Assembly (NCBI GenBank): GCA_002796125.1
Contig: PCWA01000075.1
Span: 10,317-74,316 of the forward strand
DNA from: Candidatus Ghiorseimicrobium undicola
Lineage (GTDB): Bacteria; Omnitrophota; Gorgyraeia; Ghiorseimicrobiales; Ghiorseimicrobiaceae
Direction: 5' to 3'
Length of the DNA: 64,000 nucleotides
The notes below the pieces were generated by a model. That model saw nothing but the letters and a program-made list of their open reading frames with translations. It made no database searches and was not told the origin of the DNA. The number at the start of each line of letters is the position of its first letter. The first letter of the stretch is position 1. Position numbers and translations under genes: made by a program. Below are positions 18,019 to 26,684 of the stretch, one piece after another.

Positions 18019-19731
18019 TTATTCGCCTTCGCTGGTAACGCGCAAAACCTCTTCTATGGACGTAATGCCTTTAGAAAGCTTTAAATGGGCGTCTTGCCTT
18101 AAAGTGATCATGCCGCACTTAGAAACCGCGTATTCTTTTATTTTATCCATAGAATGCCTATTTATGATCATTGTCCTTATTTGGTCATCTATTTCGAATA
18201 TTTCCAATATCCCTATTCTACCAAAATACCCGGTATTATTGCAATAGTCGCATCCTTTGCCATGATAAAAAACCGCATCTTTATCTATAGCCATTCCCAG
18301 CTTAGCCAAAACCTCCCTGGATATATTTTGTACTTCTTTGCAACGGGGGCAAAGAGTACGTACGAGCCTTTGCGCGCAAGCCATAATTACGCTTGAAGCC
18401 ACCAGAAACGGCTCAACATTCATATCAATAAGGCGGCTGATTATGCCTATGGCATCATTGGTATGCAAAGTAGACAAAACTAATTGCCCGGTCAAAGCGG
18501 CCTTGACAGCTATATCTGCCGTCTCGGAATCACGTATCTCGCCAATCATTATTACATCCGGGCTCTGGCGCAGCAGAGAACGTAAGCCGGAAGCAAAAGT
18601 AAGGCCTGCCTCGCTATTAACCTGAATCTGCGTAATGCCCTCTACCTGATACTCTACGGGATCTTCGATAGTAATAATATTCCTCTCCGGAGTGTTTAAC
18701 TGGCTTAAAACAGAATAGAGCGTGGTTGATTTACCGGAGCCGGTAGGCCCGGTCACTAAAATCATTCCATAAGGCTTGCTTACCGCCTTTTTAAATAAAG
18801 CTAAAGGCCTCTGGCTAAACCCCAGGCTGTCCAGCCCTATAGAAAGATTGGATTTATCTAATATCCTTAAGACAAATTTTTGTCCAAAAATAGTAGGCAG
18901 GGCGGAAACACGAAAATCCACCTCCTTGCCTTCCATGCGGATCTTAAACCTACCGTCCTGAGGAACGCGTGATTCTGTAATATTCAGCCCGGAAATTATC
19001 TTTATGCGGGCAAGAACCGCGTTTTGATTGGCCTTTGGTAAAGTAAAAGCATCCTGCAATTCTCCGTCAATACGATAGCGTACACGCAACGCCCTTTCTT
19101 CCGGCTCGATATGTATATCGGAAGAACGGCGTTTTAAAGCCTGGGCTATCATTAAATCTACAATTTTGACAATCGGCGCTTTTTTACTCTCTGCCAAAGT
19201 ATCGGCTAAATCAATGGATATGCCAAGATCCGCCTCTTTATGCACTATATCCTGAGATTCAGAAACATTCTTTAAAATATCGGTTATGCTTTCTTTGTCC
19301 GATTTATAATAATTGGCTATTGCTTTGGAAATTTCAGAATCCAAACACATAACTGGCTGTATTTCGTAATTTGTCAGCATCTTTAAATCATCCAGAGCAA
19401 AAATATTCAGCGGATCGCTCATAGCGACTGTCAGGACATTGCCGATTTTTGATATCGCGATTAAGTGATACTGGCGGGCGATACGCTCCGGGATTAAATC
19501 TATCGTATCCTTATTTATTTTATAACGCGATAAATCTAACGGTGGGATATAAAGCTCTTTTGAAAGCAGAGAAAAAAGTTCTTCTTCTTTTACAAATCCG
19601 CCGTCTATCAAAAGCTGCTTGATGTTTACGCCTTTTTCTTCCTGCAGTTTCAATATTTTTTTCATCTGGGACTGATTAATGAGCTTATTATCAATAAGTA
19701 TTTTAATCAGTTTTTCCTGTAATGTGGCCAT
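18019..19731 (-). CDS. pilB: PilB/GspE assembly ATPase, paralogue 2
   Basis: SDIHIEP, PQDGR, GPTGSGKSTT, EDPVEY, GEIRD, STLHTN, CPRC..CDYC. Confidence 0.93.
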   Translation of the reverse strand: MATLQEKLIKILIDNKLINQSQMKKILKLQEEKGVNIKQLLIDGGFVKEEELFSLLSKELYIPPLDLSRYKINKDTIDLIPERIARQYHLIAISKIGNVLTVAMSDPLNIFALDDLKMLTNYEIQPVMCLDSEISKAIANYYKSDKESITDILKNVSESQDIVHKEADLGISIDLADTLAESKKAPIVKIVDLMIAQALKRRSSDIHIEPEERALRVRYRIDGELQDAFTLPKANQNAVLARIKIISGLNITESRVPQDGRFKIRMEGKEVDFRVSALPTIFGQKFVLRILDKSNLSIGLDSLGFSQRPLALFKKAVSKPYGMILVTGPTGSGKSTTLYSVLSQLNTPERNIITIEDPVEYQVEGITQIQVNSEAGLTFASGLRSLLRQSPDVIMIGEIRDSETADIAVKAALTGQLVLSTLHTNDAIGIISRLIDMNVEPFLVASSVIMACAQRLVRTLCPRCKEVQNISREVLAKLGMAIDKDAVFYHGKGCDYCNNTGYFGRIGILEIFEIDDQIRTMIINRHSMDKIKEYAVSKCGMITLRQDAHLKLSKGITSIEEVLRVTSEGE

Positions 19732-19737
19732 AAAATA

Positions 19738-19768
19738 GTTATGCGTTGTGAGTTATGGGTATTGAGTT
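19738..19768. repeat. Short heptamer array GTTATGC-GTTGTGA-GTTATGG
   Basis: Visible just upstream of the pilB paralogue 2 start codon. Confidence 0.55.
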
Positions 19769-19792
19769 TAAAAATCCATAAGTTTTGACTTT

Positions 19793-21514
19793 TTATTTCT
19801 CATCTGCTGCGGTAACCTTCAACACTTCTTCTATAGTGGTTATACCTGCATATGCTTTTTCCATACCGGACTCTCTTAGCGTTTGCATTCCGGAAGCACG
19901 CGCCGATTCTTTTATTTTATGCTCCTCTGCGGCGTTAATAATCAAATCTTTAACCGCTGTATCAAGGGTAAAAATCTCGCCTATGCTGATCCTGCCTTTA
20001 TAGCCGGAATTTAAACAAGCAGCACAGCCCTTGCCTCTATAAAATACCGCCGGTTTGCCTTTGGGGTGTTTTATATTCAGCTTATCTAATGATTCTTCGT
20101 TTAATGTATACGCTTCTTTGCACTTAGGACAAATCACGCGTACCAGCCTTTGGGCAATTGCGCATACCACCGAAGATACAATTAAAAACGGTTCAACCCC
20201 CATATTGACAAGCCGCACTATAGAACCGGCGGCTGTTGTGGTGTGAAGCGTTGAAAGGACTAAATGCCCCGTCAAGGCTGATTTGATAGCTATGTCGGCG
20301 GTATCAAAATCCCTTATCTCTCCCACCATGATTATATCCGGATCCTGACGCAAGATAGAACGAAGGCTGGAAGCAAAAGTCAAGCCGACTTCTTCTCTTA
20401 TGTTAACCTGGTTTATGCCCGCCAACTGGTACTCTACCGGATCTTCAACGGTAATAATATTCAGCTGGGGTTTATTAATAAGATTTAATAAAGAGTATAG
20501 CGTGGTTGTCTTACCGCTGCCTGTTGGCCCGGTCACCAAAATCATACCGTGCGGCCTAAGGGCATTTCGTTTGATTAATTCTAAATCCCGGTTTGAAAAA
20601 CCCAACTGGTCTATATCCAGCGTCGTCGAGCTCCTGTCTAATATGCGCAGGGCGGCTTTTTCGCCAAAGCTCGACGGCAGTATCGATACGCGGAAATCGA
20701 CTTCCCTTCCCTCAATTCTAATCTTGAATCTGCCGTCCTGCGGTATTCTATGTTCCGATATATTAAGGTTGGATATGACCTTTATGCGTGAAATAATGGA
20801 AGCATGTAAAGATTTTGGGGGCGATTCCTTTTCCCGCAATGAGCCGTCTACCCTGAAACGTATACGCATAGCACGGTCAAACGGTTCAATTAATATATCC
20901 GACGCCTTTAACTTTATCGCGTCTTCCAATATCATATTAGTAATTTTAATAACCGGGGCTTCCTGGCTTAACTGGATAAGAGTGCCGGCATCAAGGCTAT
21001 CTTCTTTATCATCTTTTTTTATTAATTCAATCTGAAAATCCGATATATCCTTAAGTACCGTATTAAATGTACTTTGATCGCTGGAGCCGTAATACCTCTC
21101 CAGGGAAGCGGCTATGTCCTCAGATGAAGCTATTAACGGTATAATTTTATAACCTGTGAGGGCGCGAATATCATCTATGACAAATATATCCAGCGGGTCA
21201 GCCATGACTACCGTCAAAAAATCTTTTCTCTTGGATAAAGGGATAATTTGATAATGCCGGGCGGTTTGGGCGGGAATAGTTTCCAGAATCTCCGGTTCGA
21301 TCTCCAGCTGGGAAAGCTCGATACAGGGGAATCCTAACCCCTGGCTCAGAACAGATACCAAATCTTTTTCATTAATAAATTTCAGCCCTATTAATATATC
21401 TCTTAATTTCCCGCCCTTTTCTTTTTGAACCTGCAAAGCCGTTTTTAATTGTTCTTCATTTATCAGGTTATTTTTTAACAATATTTCTGAAAGGCGGTCC
21501 TTTAAAGAAGGCAT
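19793..21514 (-). CDS. pilB: PilB/GspE assembly ATPase, paralogue 1
   Basis: GPTGSGKTTT, EDPVEY, LRQDPDIIMVGEIRD, CPKC..CAAC. Confidence 0.93.
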   Translation of the reverse strand: MPSLKDRLSEILLKNNLINEEQLKTALQVQKEKGGKLRDILIGLKFINEKDLVSVLSQGLGFPCIELSQLEIEPEILETIPAQTARHYQIIPLSKRKDFLTVVMADPLDIFVIDDIRALTGYKIIPLIASSEDIAASLERYYGSSDQSTFNTVLKDISDFQIELIKKDDKEDSLDAGTLIQLSQEAPVIKITNMILEDAIKLKASDILIEPFDRAMRIRFRVDGSLREKESPPKSLHASIISRIKVISNLNISEHRIPQDGRFKIRIEGREVDFRVSILPSSFGEKAALRILDRSSTTLDIDQLGFSNRDLELIKRNALRPHGMILVTGPTGSGKTTTLYSLLNLINKPQLNIITVEDPVEYQLAGINQVNIREEVGLTFASSLRSILRQDPDIIMVGEIRDFDTADIAIKSALTGHLVLSTLHTTTAAGSIVRLVNMGVEPFLIVSSVVCAIAQRLVRVICPKCKEAYTLNEESLDKLNIKHPKGKPAVFYRGKGCAACLNSGYKGRISIGEIFTLDTAVKDLIINAAEEHKIKESARASGMQTLRESGMEKAYAGITTIEEVLKVTAADEK

Positions 21515-21622
21515 GTGCGCTCACTTTGCTCAGGAAAATCCGGGCACCGGCAGGCAGCAGGCAGAAAAAATCTCAAATCCTGATTACCGGGCCCTGCCCA
21601 ATAAAGTACAAATGGCTTTTGG

Positions 21623-22072
21623 CTATTTTTTATAAAATCTTTCGATAGCATTTTTTATATCGGTAGTGGTGCTTATAAAAATCTGCACGGTAGAATTAGC
21701 TAACAGCTCAATGTCATCTACAGCCTGCAGGTTAAGGGGATTAGACATGGCGACTGTTAAATTACTCCCTATTTTATCGATCGCGATCAGGCAATATTGT
21801 TTAGCCACATTATAAGGAACAATCCGCACAATATCGGTATCTATCTCATAATTTGCCAAGGGAAGATACGGAAAACCATACTGCGCGGTAAGCGCCTGAG
21901 CAATAGCCTCTTCCGTAACAAAACCCAGGCTTACAAGAATTTCGCCTACCAGCCCGCCTTTCTCCTTTTGAAGATTAAGGGCTTCAATAAGCTGGCGCTG
22001 CGAAATCATATTTCGCTCAACTAATAACTCGCCTAATTGTTTAGGATTAATCCGCCTTAAAGGTAACGGCAT
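21623..22072 (-). CDS. Stand-alone MshEN/T2SSE_N domain protein (no ATPase domain)
   Basis: QLGELLVERNMISQRQLIEALNLQ-KEKGG-LVGEILVSLGFV tandem motif plus LTVAMSNPLN; ends after ~150 aa. Confidence 0.85.
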   Translation of the reverse strand: MPLPLRRINPKQLGELLVERNMISQRQLIEALNLQKEKGGLVGEILVSLGFVTEEAIAQALTAQYGFPYLPLANYEIDTDIVRIVPYNVAKQYCLIAIDKIGSNLTVAMSNPLNLQAVDDIELLANSTVQIFISTTTDIKNAIERFYKK

Positions 22073-22080
22073 ATTTTTAA

Positions 22081-23457
22081 TCAAGAAGCTAATAAGTCCT
22101 TCACTTTATTAATTAAATCTGTTGCGTTAATTCCGTCTATAGGATTTTCGCTGACAGCACGGTTCAACGTAATTCTTTTTTTGACGTCCGTTTCTTCGCC
22201 ATATATATACTCTATCTTTTTTACCATATCTTGGGCGATATTTTCAGCCTGGCGCTTGTTTTTTTCAGGGAGAACTATAGCAAATTCACTGTCTGAGAAC
22301 CTGGCAGCTTTATCTATTTCTCCGATATTGCTTTTTATAATCATGGCTATTTTCTTTAATACGGATTCCGCATGCGCAGAACCGAAATTCGCGCAAAACT
22401 CTTTATAACGATTAATACTTAAAACAATAAAAGCGCACGGCCTTTGGCTTATTATGGCCCTCTTTATTTCTTCTTCCAGCCTTTCCTTTATAAAAGAAGA
22501 ATTGTAAAGTCCGGTTAAAGCATCCTTAACTTCAAGGCGATTGATATGATTCAAAAGTATATCATTCTCTATGGCGATAGTTATTTGTTTTACAAAGATA
22601 TCGATAAGCTTAAAATTATCATCCCGGTATTCCAAATTTCTGTCATTTCCTATGCCGGCCAAGCCAAATACCTTGCCATGAACATATATAGGCGCGATAA
22701 CAGCGTCTGTCAGAGCGAATATGCGCCTAAACTCATCAATCATTTTATTGGGCGGCACTTTCTTGTTCAACGCAAATGTTTTTCTATCTTTTAAAACTTT
22801 GGCGAATATATTATCCGATGCCGCATTAAACTCCCTATTCAACAAATAGTCGGAATTAATGCCGTAGATAGATTTTACCAATATTTTTTCTTCCTGTTTC
22901 AGCAGTAAAAATGCCGAATCTGAATCGCCTATCTGCAGCATTTTTTCTACGCTTAGATCTAATGTCTCATTAATATCGGCGCCTTCGGAAATAAACGAAC
23001 TTACCTGTAAAAGGCTGGAGAGAATAACCACCTTACGGTTAATTTCCAGATTTATTTCTTTAGTTTCCTGGCCGTATTTTTCAAGCTCCCTCATATTATT
23101 TTTTATGCGGCAAGTCAACTGCTGCAAGGCATCTTCCAAATCACCGATTTCATCATCGCGTTTTGCCCGGGATACATAATCAACTTCACCTCTGGCTATG
23201 TCCTTCGCTTTGGAAGAAATATTAATTATGGGGTCTATAACCTGCTTAATTATAAAAAAACCGCTTACAGCCACAAAAATACTTATACAAACCAATAAAT
23301 AAATATTTGATTTAATGCCTATGGTGGGAAGCATATAAGTCGAAATTACATATATGGATATCAATAACGGCAACACAGACATAAGATAAAAACTTATGCG
23401 CAATTTATACCGTAAGCCGCGTGACGACAAGGATAATTGTTTTAAAATATTTTTCAT
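22081..23457 (-). CDS. Membrane HAMP-GAF-GGDEF-like protein with degenerate active site
   Basis: 2 TMs, RDDEIGDL HAMP, GAF, DALTGLYN, ARFSDSEF in place of RYGGEEF. Confidence 0.87.
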   Translation of the reverse strand: MKNILKQLSLSSRGLRYKLRISFYLMSVLPLLISIYVISTYMLPTIGIKSNIYLLVCISIFVAVSGFFIIKQVIDPIINISSKAKDIARGEVDYVSRAKRDDEIGDLEDALQQLTCRIKNNMRELEKYGQETKEINLEINRKVVILSSLLQVSSFISEGADINETLDLSVEKMLQIGDSDSAFLLLKQEEKILVKSIYGINSDYLLNREFNAASDNIFAKVLKDRKTFALNKKVPPNKMIDEFRRIFALTDAVIAPIYVHGKVFGLAGIGNDRNLEYRDDNFKLIDIFVKQITIAIENDILLNHINRLEVKDALTGLYNSSFIKERLEEEIKRAIISQRPCAFIVLSINRYKEFCANFGSAHAESVLKKIAMIIKSNIGEIDKAARFSDSEFAIVLPEKNKRQAENIAQDMVKKIEYIYGEETDVKKRITLNRAVSENPIDGINATDLINKVKDLLAS

Positions 23458-23520
23458 AGTTCACTCCTTTTATGATTCCACCGCAGCGGAAATCCTAAAA
23501 TGTTTCTATTTATATAATAT

Positions 23521-23549
23521 ATAGTATTCTATATTTTAGATACTGTCAA
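23521..23549 (-). promoter_or_regulatory. Predicted sigma70 promoter for the pilus regulatory operon
   Basis: TTGACA-N17-TACTAT. Confidence 0.75.
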
Positions 23550-23565
23550 TATATCTAACCCAAGC

Positions 23566-23800
23566 GGTAGTATACGGAAAATTATGTAAATTCGCCTGCT
23601 GGCTTGGGCTGATTTTGAGCAGGGCGTAACGCAGGCCGAGCGGGCAAGGTTCGCCTTTGATTGCATATTGGCGAGAGCGAGGCCGAGTAGCCGAGCGCGA
23701 TTTTCCACGCTGGGGAAAATCGCGCGTCCCCGCGAAAAATAAGGTCAAGCCAGCGGCCATATTAATCCGCTATAATTTACACAATTTATTCTACACAACC
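23566..23800. mobile_element. MITE family M copy 2 (235 bp), 9-bp TSD AACCCAAGC
   Basis: Perfect direct repeats 23557-23565 and 23801-23809; ends GGTAGTATACGGAAAATTATGTAAATT / AATTTACACAATTTATTCTACACAACC. Confidence 0.9.
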
Positions 23801-23818
23801 AACCCAAGCTATTCCTGC

Positions 23819-25567
23819 CTACTTGCCTGATATATCTATATGACTCCACGGTAAAATCTCATTTTCGCCGATTGCTCTATTTACATAAAATTCCGGGCTT
23901 AGAGATAATGCCTTGAATGCCTCAACCCATAAATTGAAATTAAAATTATCCTGCGTGTTCTTTGGGCTAAAACCGCCCTCCCGGCAATTTATGCCTTGAT
24001 CCTGCCGGCTTAATTTCAACACCTCATAAATCAGCCTGCCGCCTTTTCTGCCCGAGCGCGCCAGCACTGCTTCAATGAAACTTTTTTCTAAACTATGAAA
24101 ATCCATTTTAATTGCCCTGCCATAGCCGGAACTTTTAAGCGCAGAAAGCAAATACCCCCTCTTTTCTTTAAGTAATCCGATATTATTCATTGGCGATCTC
24201 TCAAATGCCGTGTGAGGCTTTGGGATAAAAGAAGAAATACTTATCGTAGCGTTGCCCAGTTTTCCATCAATAGCTTTCCTTAGGCGTACAATTTCTACGG
24301 TCAATTCTATTATTTTCTTAAGATCGTCCCTTGATTCATCGGGTAAACCCATCATAAAATACAATTTGATATGTTTGTACCCCGCCTTGTAAGCATTTCC
24401 TGCAACCTCAAATAATTCATGTATATTAATATCTTTATTTATAGATTTGCGCAACCTATCGCTTCCTGCCTCCGGAGCAAAAGTCAGCCCTGTTTTCTTT
24501 ACAGAATTAAGTAAAAATGGGATATTTTTTATATAATTTTTAATTTTTAAAGAAGGCAGGGATACGCTTATATCTTTACCCTGGAAAGAATCAATAAGAC
24601 TATGCAAAATCTCTAAAATCTTAGGATGGTCTCCGCAGGATAAACCCAAGAGAGAAATCTCTTCATAGCCTGAATTCTTAAGTAAGGCTTCTGCCAATCC
24701 CAATACCTTTTCCTTAGAGCGTATTCTGTATGGATAATAAAAAGCTCTCGCCTGGCAGAAAGCGCAAGCATTAGGACAGCCGCGCATAATCTCCAAAATT
24801 ACGCGGTCATGCACTGTTTGTACATAAGGGACTACCCAGCGTTGCGGAAAAAAAGAATTATCCAGGTTGGAAACAATGCGTTTTTTAATCCTGCGGGGGG
24901 CACATCGATCATTTGGAGAAATACCCTTGATCGTTTGATCATGGTTATATTCCACTTCATAAAGCGACGGCACATAAATTCCCTGTATACCGGCTAGTTC
25001 CTTTAGCAATTCTTTGCGCGGCGCAGCCCTTGATTTAGCGGCCCTAACCTTATCTATCAACTCCACGGCCAGCTCTTCTGCCTCGCCGATAACAAAACAA
25101 TCAAAAAAATCGCTCATTACTTCAGGATTTAGGCAACTGTATCCCCCGCCCACCACGAGGGGATGCGCCTGGCCTCTCTCGCTTTGAAAAATAGGGATAT
25201 TTGAAAGCTCCAGCATCTTTAAGACATTAAGATATGCTAATTCATAAGAAAGAGAGAAGCCCAAAATATCAAATCCAGATAAAGGGCTACCGCTTTCCAG
25301 GGAACTTAAAGCCAGCTTTTCTTCATGAATTATCTTCTCCAGGTCTTCTCCCGGTAAAAAAACCCTCTCACAGCAAACATCATCAATTTCATTAAATAAA
25401 CCGTAGATTATCCGGAATCCCAGATGGCTCATCCCTATTTCATAGATATCAGGAAAACATAAAGCCGCGCGAATCTTAATCTGTTCCGGATTCTTCCGCA
25501 CAACATTATATTCACTGCCCAGATAACGCCCCGGTTTATAAACTTTTTCTAAAATTTTATCGTCCAT
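23819..25567 (-). CDS. B12-binding-like radical SAM protein (TIGR03960 family)
   Basis: KPGRYLGSE, FPDIYEIGMSHLG, RGCPNACAFCQA, TFAPEAGSDRLR, LPWSHI. Confidence 0.92.
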   Translation of the reverse strand: MDDKILEKVYKPGRYLGSEYNVVRKNPEQIKIRAALCFPDIYEIGMSHLGFRIIYGLFNEIDDVCCERVFLPGEDLEKIIHEEKLALSSLESGSPLSGFDILGFSLSYELAYLNVLKMLELSNIPIFQSERGQAHPLVVGGGYSCLNPEVMSDFFDCFVIGEAEELAVELIDKVRAAKSRAAPRKELLKELAGIQGIYVPSLYEVEYNHDQTIKGISPNDRCAPRRIKKRIVSNLDNSFFPQRWVVPYVQTVHDRVILEIMRGCPNACAFCQARAFYYPYRIRSKEKVLGLAEALLKNSGYEEISLLGLSCGDHPKILEILHSLIDSFQGKDISVSLPSLKIKNYIKNIPFLLNSVKKTGLTFAPEAGSDRLRKSINKDINIHELFEVAGNAYKAGYKHIKLYFMMGLPDESRDDLKKIIELTVEIVRLRKAIDGKLGNATISISSFIPKPHTAFERSPMNNIGLLKEKRGYLLSALKSSGYGRAIKMDFHSLEKSFIEAVLARSGRKGGRLIYEVLKLSRQDQGINCREGGFSPKNTQDNFNFNLWVEAFKALSLSPEFYVNRAIGENEILPWSHIDISGK

Positions 25568-25581
25568 ATTATAAAATTAAA

Positions 25582-26670
25582 TTAGAATACCATTCTCCTT
25601 TTACTTATATTGCCAATAATGCCCAGCCCCATAAAAGTCATAAACATAGAAGTCCCGCCGTAGCTGACTAGAGGCAAAGGGATCCCAACTACCGGCATAA
25701 CTCCTATAGTCATGCATATGTTAACAACTACCTGAAAGAATATTACTGACATTATGCCTATTATTAATAAGCGCCCAAAAGGGTCCTTTGTAGAATAAAT
25801 AATTTTGATGCACTCATTAAACAACATATAGAAAATAGCCAGCAATATGAAAGATCCTATCAGGCCCATAGATTCAGCGAAACAGCTAAAAATAAAATCC
25901 GTATGCCGTTCGGGAAGAAAATTAAGCGTATTTTGCGTCCCGGAAAGCCAGCCCAAGCCAAAAAGCCTGCCGGAACCAACAGCAATTTTAGATTGGATAA
26001 CCGTATATCCCGCGCCCAAAGGGTCAAGATTGGGATTAATAAAAACCAATAGCCTTTCCTTTTGATAATCTTTCAGAAAATGCCAGGCGACAGGCAATGA
26101 AATAAGATTTAACGCCAATAGTGAAAATACATATCTTTTCTTTACTCCCGCAACAAAAATCAAAGCAATAAAAACAAATATAAATATAATTGCCGTCCCC
26201 AAATCAGGCTGCTGCATGATTAATAATGCGGGAAAAGCTACAAGCAATGCCGGGATAAACACCGTTCTAAAAAAACCCGTATCCCTTATTCTTAATTTCA
26301 CATTATAAGCGTCCTTTTGGCTAAAATAACGCGCAAGGCATAAAATCACGGAAAATTTCGCCAGTTCAGAGGGCTGAAAATTGAAAACCCCTAACTCAAG
26401 CCAGCGCTGCGCGCCTAATTTAACCCGTCCGGATACGAGAACAAGGACAAGAAAAACTATGCTTAACAGATAAAACCCAAAAGCTAAGTCATAGAATTTA
26501 CGGTAATTAAAATTATAAAAAATAAAAAATGCGCCTATCCCAAAAAACAGCCATAAAAATTGGCGAAAAAATATAGCACCGTCTTTATGCGAAGTGCTGT
26601 ATATGGTCAAAAGACCTATAATAGCTATAACAAGGGCAATAATGAATAATCTTCGCGCGTTTCTATCCAT
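25582..26670 (-). CDS. rodA: Rod shape-determining protein RodA
   Basis: GAQRW, FQPSELAK, QPDLGTA, LPERHTDFIF, PLVSYGG. Confidence 0.96.
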   Translation of the reverse strand: MDRNARRLFIIALVIAIIGLLTIYSTSHKDGAIFFRQFLWLFFGIGAFFIFYNFNYRKFYDLAFGFYLLSIVFLVLVLVSGRVKLGAQRWLELGVFNFQPSELAKFSVILCLARYFSQKDAYNVKLRIRDTGFFRTVFIPALLVAFPALLIMQQPDLGTAIIFIFVFIALIFVAGVKKRYVFSLLALNLISLPVAWHFLKDYQKERLLVFINPNLDPLGAGYTVIQSKIAVGSGRLFGLGWLSGTQNTLNFLPERHTDFIFSCFAESMGLIGSFILLAIFYMLFNECIKIIYSTKDPFGRLLIIGIMSVIFFQVVVNICMTIGVMPVVGIPLPLVSYGGTSMFMTFMGLGIIGNISKRRMVF

Positions 26671-26684
26671 TTTAATGTTTAAGT

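Noticed and set aside
23536-23760. 74-aa ORF
   Set aside because: Lies almost wholly within MITE copy 2; the frame is not evidently preserved in other copies and has no transposase motifs.
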